A model generated the notes under the pieces. The model had not been told where the DNA came from, ran no database searches, and worked only from the letters and a program-made list of their open reading frames with translations. A program made the translations under genes and the position numbers. Positions 39,287 through 48,105 of a DNA stretch of 64,000 bases are shown here, piece after piece (position 1 is the stretch's first letter; the number at the start of each line of letters is the position of its first letter). Source of the DNA: an uncultured delta proteobacterium (GTDB taxonomy: Bacteria; Myxococcota_A; Polyangia; Polyangiales; Polyangiaceae); the NCBI GenBank assembly GCA_963841435.1, contig CAWJCS010000005.1, forward strand, positions 1,632,001-1,696,000, in the 5' to 3' direction.

Positions 39287-40080
39287 CGAGCCACCTGCCC
39301 CGAGAAGACGTGGCGGGCCGGCCCGCGCAGCGTCACCTCGAGCGTGCCCTGCTCGACGCTGAGCCCGAGCTCGCCGCCGGGCAGCGCCAGGGTGAGCTCC
39401 GCCCCGTACGGCGCGAGCCCACTCGTCACGGCCGCCACCGCGACCGCCGCCGCGCCCGTACCGCAAGCGAGGGTCCGCCCGACGCCGCGTTCCCAGACCA
39501 GCACCGAGAACTCGCGAGGGCCGCGCTGCCGCACGATCTCCACGTTGGTGCCTCCCGCCACGCTCTGCGAAAGCTCGGGCGCGAAGCGGTCGAGCGCCGC
39601 TTCGTCGACGCCGTCGAGGAAGGCCACGGCGTGCGGATTGCCCATGCTCACGCGCTGAAAGGGGACCTCGCGACCCAGCACGACGAAGGTCACGGGCTCG
39701 CCCGGTGTGCCTCGACCCATGCCGAGCGTCACCTCGGCGCGCTCACCCGTGCGCTTCACACTGGCGCGGCGCGGCCCCGCGTCCGTCGCGACGACGTAGT
39801 CGGCGCGGTCGACGCCGTCGCGCTCAGCGAGGAACAATGCCACGCAGCGTAGGCCGTTGCCGCACATTTCCGGCCGAGAGCCGTCCGCGTTCAGCACCAC
39901 CATGCGCGCTCGCGCGTCGTCCGACGGCAGCACCAAAAGCACGCCGTCACCACCGACCCCGTAGTGCCGATCGCAGAGCGCGCGTGCCGCGGCGGCACCC
40001 AGAGCGGCTTCCGAGGCCGCTTCGAGCACGAGAAAGTCGTTCCCGGCTCCCTCGAACTTGGCGAAATCGAGCCGTTGCAT
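39283..40080 (-). CDS. dapF: Diaminopimelate epimerase
   Basis: GAGNDF, NADGSRPEMCGNG, SMGNPH, ERGVGRTLACGTG. Confidence 0.96.
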   Translation of the reverse strand: MQRLDFAKFEGAGNDFLVLEAASEAALGAAAARALCDRHYGVGGDGVLLVLPSDDARARMVVLNADGSRPEMCGNGLRCVALFLAERDGVDRADYVVATDAGPRRASVKRTGERAEVTLGMGRGTPGEPVTFVVLGREVPFQRVSMGNPHAVAFLDGVDEAALDRFAPELSQSVAGGTNVEIVRQRGPREFSVLVWERGVGRTLACGTGAAAVAVAAVTSGLAPYGAELTLALPGGELGLSVEQGTLEVTLRGPARHVFSGQVAR

Positions 40081-40168
40081 CGGGCGCTCCGGAGACTTCC
40101 ACCTCTAGCACTCAAGCTCCCCCGGAACGAGTGGGCAGCGAGGGGGCTTCGGGTATGATGCACGCTTC

Positions 40169-41206
40169 GTGCGGCGGGTGGTCTGCATTAGCGTTCAGGC
40201 GCTTTTCCTTTTGGGAGGAACGGCCTGGGCGGCTCCTGAGCCGCGTGTCCATCTCGACCTCGGCGGGTGCGCGCGGCTCGATGCCGCGTCCGTGACGCGC
40301 ATCTTCGCCGCCGACCTCGGCGCGCCCTCCACCGACGAGGAGGGGCCGGACGTGACGACCGTCACCATCGAGTGCGCCGGATCGCGCGTCTTCGTCAGAG
40401 TGGTCGATCCGTTGAGTCGCAAGACGCTCCGCCGAACGTTCGACTCTGCATCGTTCGGCGATCAGGGAGAGTCGCGGCTCGTGGCCATTGCCGCGTCGGA
40501 GCTCGTGCTCGCGAGCTGGGCGGAGCTGGCGAACAACCCTGCGCCGCGCGTCGAGCCCGAAGGTCCCGCGCCGAGCGCCGGCTCACTGACGACGGCGCGT
40601 GCCACCGTTCGACAGCACGCGCGAGTGACGCCCGCGTCGCCGCCCCCGCCGCCGCCCTCCGAGCCCGTAGGTGAGCCAGGCGCGCTGGAGCCCGGCGATG
40701 CGGAAGCCGCGTCCGAGCGGCGTGCCGTGACGCCCGCGACGCCGAAGGTCGGGCCACCCGTCTGGCGCATCGTCGCGCTCGGCTCGGTACGCGGCTTTTT
40801 CCGTGACTATGGCTACCTAACCGGTGGGGTCGCGCGGGTCGGTGAAGACCGTGAAGGACTCATGAGCTGGGCGCTGGATGTGACCGTCGACCAGGGGCGG
40901 ATCCAGGACCAGCAGGTGACGAGCACGTCGCTCGGGGCGCTGCTGTTCGCCCATTTGAAAACCGAGGTCATCGTGTGCCGACTCGGCGCAGGCCTGCGGC
41001 CCGGCATCCTCGCGGCGGGCTCCCTCACGGTTGCGACGTGGGGATGGCCGCTCGGCGCCGCGAACTGCAGCTTGACCCCCGCGCCGTTCGTGCTCGAGCT
41101 CGGGGGTGAGCTCGGCTACGGCGTGCTCGAAAACCACGGTCCGACCCTGCCGAGCCTGCGCGCCGGCTGGTACTCCGTAAACTTCGGGCTCGGGATGATG
41201 CTCTGA
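40169..41206 (+). CDS. Hypothetical exported protein associated with the ECF locus
   Basis: Signal peptide (AWA), Pro linker, C-terminal beta-strand domain. Confidence 0.7.
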   Translation: MRRVVCISVQALFLLGGTAWAAPEPRVHLDLGGCARLDAASVTRIFAADLGAPSTDEEGPDVTTVTIECAGSRVFVRVVDPLSRKTLRRTFDSASFGDQGESRLVAIAASELVLASWAELANNPAPRVEPEGPAPSAGSLTTARATVRQHARVTPASPPPPPPSEPVGEPGALEPGDAEAASERRAVTPATPKVGPPVWRIVALGSVRGFFRDYGYLTGGVARVGEDREGLMSWALDVTVDQGRIQDQQVTSTSLGALLFAHLKTEVIVCRLGAGLRPGILAAGSLTVATWGWPLGAANCSLTPAPFVLELGGELGYGVLENHGPTLPSLRAGWYSVNFGLGMML

Positions 41207-41381
41207 GCTACGGTGGGGGGAGCGGCAGAGTCACGACGATGCTTCTTCGGTGCGTTCTCTCGGCGGTGGGGGCTCAGTCCGGCGCGCGGTCGCTGCGGCC
41301 GGGCACACTGCCGAATTCCAGGAGGACTGTCCCGTGAGCCGACCCGAGCCCGGCGCCCCACCTAGTCAAAGGCCCTCCTGC

Positions 41382-41951
41382 ATGCCGCGCGACGAGCCCG
41401 CCATTTCGCTGATCCGGCTGATCCCGCCGGAGCCTCCCCCGCCCGAAGGCGGGGTCGTGCCCGCGCTCGATCTCGACTCGCTCTTCCGCCGCTATTCGTC
41501 CTACGTCGCCGCCATTGCCCACCGCCTGCTCGGTCGCGAGGAGGACGTCGATGACACGATCCAGGAAGTGTTTCTCGCCGCCGTTCGCGGCGTCCACGCC
41601 TTGCGTGACCCGGCGGCCGTCCGCGGCTGGCTGGCGCGCGTCACCGTGCGCACCGCCCGGCTCAAGCTCCGAAAGCGCCGCATGCGCTCGTTCCTCGGCC
41701 TCGACGAGCCATCGACGTACGACGCCGTGATCGACAAGAGCGCGAGCGCCGAGCAGCGGGCGCTCGTCACGCGCGTTTATCGTCTGCTCGACGGCATGCC
41801 GGCCAATCGCCGCATCGCCTGGTCGCTGCGCTACATCGAGGGTGAGCCGCTCGACAACGTCGCGGCGCTTTCCGGCTGCTCGCTCGCGACGGCCAAGCGC
41901 CGCATCGCGGCCGCGGCGCGTGAGCTGGAGGAGGCGTTCGGCGATGCTTGA
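41382..41951 (+). CDS. ECF RNA polymerase sigma factor
   Basis: DDTIQEVF, VRGWL (region 2); LSGCSLATAKRRI (region 4); start may be GTG at 41334. Confidence 0.88.
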   Translation: MPRDEPAISLIRLIPPEPPPPEGGVVPALDLDSLFRRYSSYVAAIAHRLLGREEDVDDTIQEVFLAAVRGVHALRDPAAVRGWLARVTVRTARLKLRKRRMRSFLGLDEPSTYDAVIDKSASAEQRALVTRVYRLLDGMPANRRIAWSLRYIEGEPLDNVAALSGCSLATAKRRIAAAARELEEAFGDA

Positions 41952-43041
41952 CCTGGGCGAACGCCTCGCAGAGTCGCGCGACCTCATCGAGCCGTCGTGG
42001 ACGGCCGCGCGCGAGGTGCGGCTGCGCGCCGCCGTGATCGTGGGCTTGAAGCGGGAGCGTCGCCAGCGCGCCGCGCTCGTCGCCGTGCTCGGCGCGGCCA
42101 TCCTCGTTTTCGGCATCTGGCTCGGCCGGCGCCAGGGTTCCGTGGCGCACGTCGCGGCGCCCGAGCCAGCGGCCCTGGTTCGGCTCGAAGACGGCTCGGT
42201 CGTCACGGCGCGCTCGTCGGAAGCGCGCGTCGAAAGCGTCGCCGTCGCGCCGGACGCCGTGACGTTGCGGCTCGAGCAAGGCAGCGCGCATTTCAGCGTT
42301 ACGCCGAATCCCGAGCGTCCTTTCCGCGTGCTCGCAGGAGACGTGACCGTCAGCGTGCTCGGCACGGTCTTCGATGTCGCGCTCGAGCCGAGCGGTGTGC
42401 GCGTCGCCGTCGAGCGAGGGCGCGTGCGCGTCGGCGGCCCCCGCGGCACACGCGAGCTCGGCGTTGGCGAGAGTGAGCTCTTCGCGGCGGTTCCGGTCAC
42501 CACGCCGAGCGCCCTCGAGCTGGCGCCGCCCGCCCCCACGGCGGACGAAACACCCGAGCCCACGCGCGGTCCGTCGCCGCAGGCCTCCTGGCGCTCGCTC
42601 GCGGTCGATGGCGCGTACGGTCCCGCGCTCGCGCGCCTCACCGCCGAGGGTCCGAATGCCGTACGCGACACGCCCGAGGACCTCCTGCTCGCGGCGGACG
42701 TGGCTCGTCTCGGGGGTCACCCCGAGCGCGCCGTGGCCCCGCTCGAGCGCGTCATCAACGGCCACCCGTTCGACTCGCGCGCCCCCCTCGCGGCGTTCAC
42801 GCTCGGCCGCACGCTGCTCGAGCAGCTCGGCCGTCCCCGGCAGGCGGCGCACGCGTTCGCCACGGCCCGCCAGCTCGATCGCGCCGGGGCGCTCACGCAG
42901 GACGCCCTCGCCCGCGAGGTCGAGGCCTGGTCGCGCGCCGGCGACAGCGAAAAGGCCCGCGAACGCGCTACCGAGTACCTGAAGCGTTACCCGACGGGGC
43001 GGCGCGCGGGAGCCGTGCGGCGCCTCGGCGGCGTCGACTAG
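41944..43041 (+). CDS. FecR-domain anti-sigma factor with C-terminal TPR
   Basis: TM helix, LEDGS, GSAHFSV, VLGTVFDV, VERGRV; YLKRYPTG TPR-like end; overlaps the sigma factor stop. Confidence 0.85.
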   Translation: MLDLGERLAESRDLIEPSWTAAREVRLRAAVIVGLKRERRQRAALVAVLGAAILVFGIWLGRRQGSVAHVAAPEPAALVRLEDGSVVTARSSEARVESVAVAPDAVTLRLEQGSAHFSVTPNPERPFRVLAGDVTVSVLGTVFDVALEPSGVRVAVERGRVRVGGPRGTRELGVGESELFAAVPVTTPSALELAPPAPTADETPEPTRGPSPQASWRSLAVDGAYGPALARLTAEGPNAVRDTPEDLLLAADVARLGGHPERAVAPLERVINGHPFDSRAPLAAFTLGRTLLEQLGRPRQAAHAFATARQLDRAGALTQDALAREVEAWSRAGDSEKARERATEYLKRYPTGRRAGAVRRLGGVD

Positions 43042-43059
43042 CGCGCCGTCCCGGCGTCC

Positions 43060-43347
43060 TCAGCGCAGATTGTCCGGTACGGCGGCCAGTCGCACGATCT
43101 TCGTGCGCCCCGAGTGTCCGCTGACGATCGTCACGTCGCGCTGCCTTAGCTCGAAGTGCCGCGCGAGCGTGCGGACGAGCTCGTCGTTCGCCGCGCCGTC
43201 CACGGGCGGCGCTGCCACCTGCACCTCGAGCTCCCCGCCCTTCACGCCGAGCACGCGGCTCTCTCTCGCGCGCGGCTTCACGCGCACGCGCAGCGTCGCT
43301 CCTTCTGCGTCGATCGTCACCGCCTGGGCGCCTTCGGTCCGCGACAC
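43060..43347 (-). CDS. DUF167 (YggU/UPF0235) protein
   Basis: VRVKPRA, APPVDGAAN, SGHSGRTK. Confidence 0.88.
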   Translation of the reverse strand: MSRTEGAQAVTIDAEGATLRVRVKPRARESRVLGVKGGELEVQVAAPPVDGAANDELVRTLARHFELRQRDVTIVSGHSGRTKIVRLAAVPDNLR

Positions 43348-43400
43348 GGTCCCGCCGGCAGCCTACCAGGCCGTCCGGTCCCCGGCCGCGACCCCATCCC

Positions 43401-43437
43401 TCGAGGGTCGCTCGAGGGTCGTCCGAGGGTCGTCGAG
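43401..43437. repeat. 11-bp tandem direct repeat, three copies
   Basis: TCGAGGGTCGC / TCGAGGGTCGT / CCGAGGGTCGT in the divergent intergenic region. Confidence 0.7.
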
Positions 43438-43556
43438 TCTTTTCGAGGCGACCTTTGCGCGGCGGCAGTCAACGGCGCCCGGGCGCCCCGTTCCGCTCGT
43501 TTTTGCCGCGTTCGCGCTGGCGGGGCCCCGGCGGCCCGTGACAAGCTCGGCGCATC

Positions 43557-45134
43557 GTGCGGCGCCCCCTGCTCCTCAGCGGCTTCATGGCGACGGGCAA
43601 GTCCACCGTCGGCCGCCTCGTCGCCGTGCGCACGGGCCGCCCCTTCATCGACCTCGACCTCGCCATCGAGGCCCGGCTCGGCGCGAGCGTGCGCGACCTC
43701 TTCGCTCGCATGGGCGAGGCCGGCTTTCGCGCCGAAGAGCGGCGCGAGCTCGAAGCGCTGCTCGACGCAAGCTCGCCCTCGCCGCCGGTCGTGGCGCTCG
43801 GCGGCGGTGCGCTCTTGCCGCGCGACCTCAGGCTGCGCGCGCTCGACGCCGCGGTCGTCGTCACGCTCGAGAGCTCGCCTGGCGAGATCGCACGGCGTGC
43901 CGGCGATGCCGCTTCGCGCCCGCTGCTCGGCGCCGCGAACCCGGTCGTGCGCGCCGCCGAGCTCATCGGGCAGCGCCAGGTCGCCTACGCCGAGGCCCAC
44001 GCCCGCATCCCGACGGACGAAAAGACGCCCGAGGTCGTGGCTGAAGCCGTTCGCGCCGTCTGGGAGCGGGACGCCATCGCCGTCGCCTCGGGCGCGCGTT
44101 CGTATGCGGTCGAAATCGGCCACGGTCTCGTCGAAGCGCGCCTCGCCGAGCTGGCCAGCGGGGCCTCGCTCGCGCTGCTCGTGACGGACGAAAACGTCGA
44201 TCCTTTGCACGGCGCCGCCGCCCGCGCCGCGCTCGGCAGCACGCGCGTCCCCGCGCTCGTGCTGCCCGCGGGCGAGCGCGAAAAGCACGTCGGCAGCGTC
44301 GAGCGCATCTGGAAGGCGTTGCTCGCCGCCGGGGCCGATCGCAAGAGCGTGCTCGTGGGTCTCGGCGGCGGTGTGGTCACGGACATGACGGGCTTCGCCG
44401 CGGCGACCTACATGCGCGGCGTGCGCTGGCTCGGGCTGCCCTCCACGCTGCTCGCAATGGTCGACGCGTCGGTCGGGGGCAAGACGGGCGTCGACCTCGA
44501 GCAGGCGAAGAACGCCGTCGGCGCCTTTTGGCAGCCGTCCGGCGTGCTCTGCGACACGGCGCTCGAGGCGACCGAGCCCTTGCGCGGCTACACGAGCGCG
44601 CTCGCCGAGGTCGTCAAGACGGCGCTCATCGGCGACCCGGAGCTGTTCGACCTCCTCGAACGGAACGTCGCAGCCATCCGCGCGCGCGACGCCGCGCTCG
44701 TCGCCGAGATGGTGCGCCGCTCCGTGCGAGTGAAGGCGCGCATCGTCGGGCTCGACGAGCGCGAGAGCGGCCTTCGCGCCGTGCTGAATTTCGGGCACAC
44801 GCTTGGACACGCGCTCGAAGCTCAGGCGGGCTTCGAACGGCTGGCCCACGGCGAGGCCGTCAGTCTCGGCATGGTCGGAGCGCTTCGAATCGGCGAGGCC
44901 CTGGGAGACACGCCTGCCGACCTCACCGTGAGGGTCAAGGGGCTGCTCGCCGCGCTCGGGCTGCCCGTGGACCTCGGCGGCGAGCCCGTGACGGCGGCGG
45001 TCAAGCTCATGAGCCTCGACAAGAAACGCTCCGGCAAGACGCTGCGCTTCGTCGTCGCGCTCGCGCCGGGCCGCGTCGAGCTTCGTGATCTACCGCTCAA
45101 CGAGCTCGAGCGGCTCGCGAATGGCCTCGGGTAG
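43557..45134 (+). CDS. aroB: Fused shikimate kinase / 3-dehydroquinate synthase (AroK-AroB)
   Basis: GFMATGKST, GEAGFR, LGGG (AroK); GGGVVTD, DASVGGKTG, LNFGHTLGH, HGEAV, DKK (AroB). Confidence 0.95.
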   Translation: MRRPLLLSGFMATGKSTVGRLVAVRTGRPFIDLDLAIEARLGASVRDLFARMGEAGFRAEERRELEALLDASSPSPPVVALGGGALLPRDLRLRALDAAVVVTLESSPGEIARRAGDAASRPLLGAANPVVRAAELIGQRQVAYAEAHARIPTDEKTPEVVAEAVRAVWERDAIAVASGARSYAVEIGHGLVEARLAELASGASLALLVTDENVDPLHGAAARAALGSTRVPALVLPAGEREKHVGSVERIWKALLAAGADRKSVLVGLGGGVVTDMTGFAAATYMRGVRWLGLPSTLLAMVDASVGGKTGVDLEQAKNAVGAFWQPSGVLCDTALEATEPLRGYTSALAEVVKTALIGDPELFDLLERNVAAIRARDAALVAEMVRRSVRVKARIVGLDERESGLRAVLNFGHTLGHALEAQAGFERLAHGEAVSLGMVGALRIGEALGDTPADLTVRVKGLLAALGLPVDLGGEPVTAAVKLMSLDKKRSGKTLRFVVALAPGRVELRDLPLNELERLANGLG

Positions 45135-45252
45135 GTGGCCCTCGCACACGCGCTTCGATAAGCGCGGTTCACCTAATTTTTGCGCGGGTTGGGGGCGGCC
45201 GCTAAGCTTCTAAGTGGCGCGGTCAGGCACCCAATTCCGCCCCAGAGGTTTC

Positions 45253-45997
45253 ATGCCCAGGTTCTCGAAGTCCGTAGCCGCTGGCGCTTTGCTCGCCGGA
45301 GCGGCGCTCGCGATGGGCGGCTGCGCCGACAACGATAGCTCGCTGTTCGTGTACGGCGTCTTCGCGCTCGGGCGCACGCAGTGTCTCGCCCAGCCCGATG
45401 CGACGGCCGTTCTGCTCCCGTCCGGGACGCTCGATCGCGAGGTCGCGAACGGCTACGAGGCTGCGCTCCTTGTCGGCAGCCAGCTCACCCAGCGCGGTAG
45501 CCGCGAAAACCTTCGTACCGAGAACGTCCCGCCTCCACATCGAGGGAGCACACATCACGCTGTACGGGACGGACGGCAGCGTCCAGACGCCCCCCGACGC
45601 CGCCGCCACGGGTCTCGTTCCGCCCGCGAGCGGCACGGACCCCGGTCTGGCTGCCGTGTTCGCACAGCTCATTCGGAGCGAAGATCTCGCGGGGCTCGGC
45701 CCGCCTGGCCAAGCCATCGTTCGCATTCGCCTCTTCGGCACCACGCTGGGTGGCCAAGCAATCGAATCGGGCGACTACGACTATCCCATTCAGGTCTGCG
45801 ACGGCTGCCTGATCAGCTACCCCTCCGAGGCCGCGCTCATGGGCTCGGTGGCGTACATCTGCGATCCGAGGATCGAGGTGAAGCAGGAGGTCGTCCCGTG
45901 CGTTCTGGGGCAGGACGTGCCAGTGCCGTGCACCTATTGTGCGGCGACGAACCCGATCTGTTTGGACCCCGCGAACAACAAGTCGCTCACTCCTTGA
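45253..45997 (+). CDS. Hypothetical Cys-rich lipoprotein, frameshifted at ~45523
   Basis: Lipobox MGGC; LRTE joins TSRLHIEG after removing one A; C-terminal Cys pairs. Confidence 0.72.
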
Positions 45998-46539
45998 GCT
46001 GCCGGGTCGCCGTCGGAGCGGCCGCCGTCCTTTTGGTGCCGCTCGCTCCGTTGACGGCCGCCGCGTCGCCACAGGGGCGTGCCGGCGTGCGGCCGGCGGT
46101 CTGCGGCGTCGGGGTCGAGCGCCGCCTCTGGCAAAGCACGCGCTTCTGCGGCGCGCTGACCGGCGACCTACTTCTCGGTCGCTCCCGCAACGCCGACTTC
46201 GGAATCGGTCCTTACGTGGAGCTCGGCACGGCGGGATTCTTCGACGTGCGAGTGGGCGGCGGCGCGTCGCTGCTCGTCCCGGTGAGCCCTGACTTCCCGC
46301 TGGTCGCCTCCATCGGGGTCTACGACCACGCGCTCCGTGAGCCCGCGCTAGCGGCGACCTTGTTCTGGGGAGCGCGCAGCTACAACTTCGGTGGTGCCTA
46401 CAACCTTGGGCTCGGGCTGTTCGCCAGCGCGAGCACCGATCTCGGCGGCGACCGAGCGACCCTCGTCACGCTCGGTGCCGACATCGACGCGTTCTTCCTC
46501 GCCGCGCCGTTCATCCTGCTCGTGAGCGCCTTGCGCTGA
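45994..46539 (+). CDS. Hypothetical exported beta-strand protein
   Basis: TTG overlapping the upstream stop; signal peptide; amphipathic strands. Confidence 0.62.
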   Translation: MSCRVAVGAAAVLLVPLAPLTAAASPQGRAGVRPAVCGVGVERRLWQSTRFCGALTGDLLLGRSRNADFGIGPYVELGTAGFFDVRVGGGASLLVPVSPDFPLVASIGVYDHALREPALAATLFWGARSYNFGGAYNLGLGLFASASTDLGGDRATLVTLGADIDAFFLAAPFILLVSALR

Positions 46540-46552
46540 CGACTCTCGCGGG

Positions 46553-46873
46553 TCAGGGCGAGGGCGCGTCGCCGGCTTCGGCTGGCACCGCCGACGCCTC
46601 GATGGCGGCGTCGAGACGCGACAGGACGGAGCCGAGCATCTCGCGTGAGCGGTGCGCGAGCTTCACGTTGCGCGAGCGCTCCTCCTCGAGGTCGTGCGCG
46701 AGCGACATCGCTGCGAGCAAGAGCGATTGCGCCGAGACGGCCCGCCCTGGTCCCGTGACGGCGCGCAGTCGCGCGTCGACGATCTCGGCGAGGCGCTTCA
46801 GCTCCTGCTCGTCAGCCGACGCAACGACGCGGTAGGTCTGACCACCGACACGTAGCTCGACGGGCACGCTCAT
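46553..46873 (-). CDS. zapA: Cell division protein ZapA
   Basis: VELRVGGQTYRV..LAEIVDARL..LLAAMSLAHDL followed by a coiled coil. Confidence 0.88.
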   Translation of the reverse strand: MSVPVELRVGGQTYRVVASADEQELKRLAEIVDARLRAVTGPGRAVSAQSLLLAAMSLAHDLEEERSRNVKLAHRSREMLGSVLSRLDAAIEASAVPAEAGDAPSP

Positions 46874-47026
46874 CGCCCCGCTACGCTACCACCCAACTCC
46901 AGGGATGGAAATGGAGCGAGGCGTACACCAGAAGGCGTGGCCTTTGGCCCCCGGCCCAGGCGAGCAGCCCGCGCCGAGGTGCGAGTGACCCGGGGACCGC
47001 CGTGTGCACGAGGGCTCACCGGGCCG

Positions 47027-47656
47027 CTACCGCAACAACCGCACGGCAACGTTGACGAGCACTCGTTCTGCGGCGATCCGCACGGCGACAGGCGCGGGAT
47101 CGGCGGCAAGGCAGGCGGTCGCGTAGGGTCGGGCGAAGGCTTCCGCGGCGGCGGCGACGGCGCGCACCCGAAGCGGCTCGCGCGCTGTGCTCACCCCGCT
47201 ACTTGCAACGACCTCGAGCGCCCTCGCGATGGCTCGCTCGAATGCGCTTCCCGCGAGCGACAACGCGTCGCGGTGGGTCACGAGCGCGAGAAGCATCGCC
47301 GCAGGATCGTCTTCGACCTCGGCGAGCCACGCTGCGGCGAGAGCGCGCAGGCGCTCCACCGGTGTGCGCGAGCGCCGCTCTGCCGCGGCGAGCGACTCCT
47401 CGACGCGGTGAGCGACCGCCGCGAGCGCGGCGCGCTGCGCGTGCTCGAGATCGTCGAAGTACTCGTAGAACGTGCTGCGACCAACTCCGGCGAGCGCGAT
47501 CACGCGAGCGACGTTTCGAGGGCCATCGCCGACCAGAATCCGGGCCGTCGCAGCGAGGAGACGATCGCGCTGCTCGGAGAGGCGCTGCTCCCGGGTCTGG
47601 TGCCGGTCGTATTGGCCCCGGCCGGGGGCCGGCGAGAAGGTCTCTGAGTCGCCCAT
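47027..47656 (-). CDS. TetR/AcrR family transcriptional regulator
   Basis: EQRDRLL..VIALAGVGRSTFYEYF HTH. Confidence 0.85.
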   Translation of the reverse strand: MGDSETFSPAPGRGQYDRHQTREQRLSEQRDRLLAATARILVGDGPRNVARVIALAGVGRSTFYEYFDDLEHAQRAALAAVAHRVEESLAAAERRSRTPVERLRALAAAWLAEVEDDPAAMLLALVTHRDALSLAGSAFERAIARALEVVASSGVSTAREPLRVRAVAAAAEAFARPYATACLAADPAPVAVRIAAERVLVNVAVRLLR

Positions 47657-47754
47657 GAAGACACAGATAGTCTCAATGATACCACGCAGTCGCGTGGACA
47701 CTGAACGATCGCGGACGGCACGCTGGCCCTTAGGTACTTTGGGCGCTCGTCACA

Positions 47755-47880
47755 TTGGTACGATAAGGTATTCATGTAGAGCAGCTCATGGGGCGTTGAG
47801 CCAACGCCGGCTGGACGTTTACTATAAAGAACAATAATTTCAGGTAGTTAAGTATAAAGATACCATCGTATTCATGTCCG
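47755..47880. other. AT-rich island with direct repeats and an IHF-like site
   Basis: GTATTCATGT at 47768 and 47868; TATAAAGA at 47823 and 47853; TTTCAGGTAGTTA at 47838-47850. Confidence 0.6.
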
Positions 47881-48105
47881 GTGGGTCTTGGGGCCCGGAG
47901 TCCGAGACGGGTGGGTTCGTCGGCGAGGCCGGCCCGGTCGCGAGAAGGGCGCGGGCGCTGCGAGGGCGCTGGGGGAGCTGCCCGCCGGGGCTCGGTCCTC
48001 CCCAGGCGACGAGCGCCACGCCTGCCGAGTCGACGGCGCTGGATTCAGCACCGCATGTCGCAACGGCGGCTGCCGCCCGCCTCGTGTGCTGCTAGGCTCG
48101 CGCCC

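Noticed and set aside
46540-47026. 6S RNA next to zapA
   Set aside because: Only 13 bp separate the zapA stop from a convergent gene, and I see no long bubbled hairpin upstream
47755-47785. dif site (GGTACGATAAGGTATTCATGTAGAG)
   Set aside because: XerD arm and spacing fit poorly, and dif is not expected beside parS
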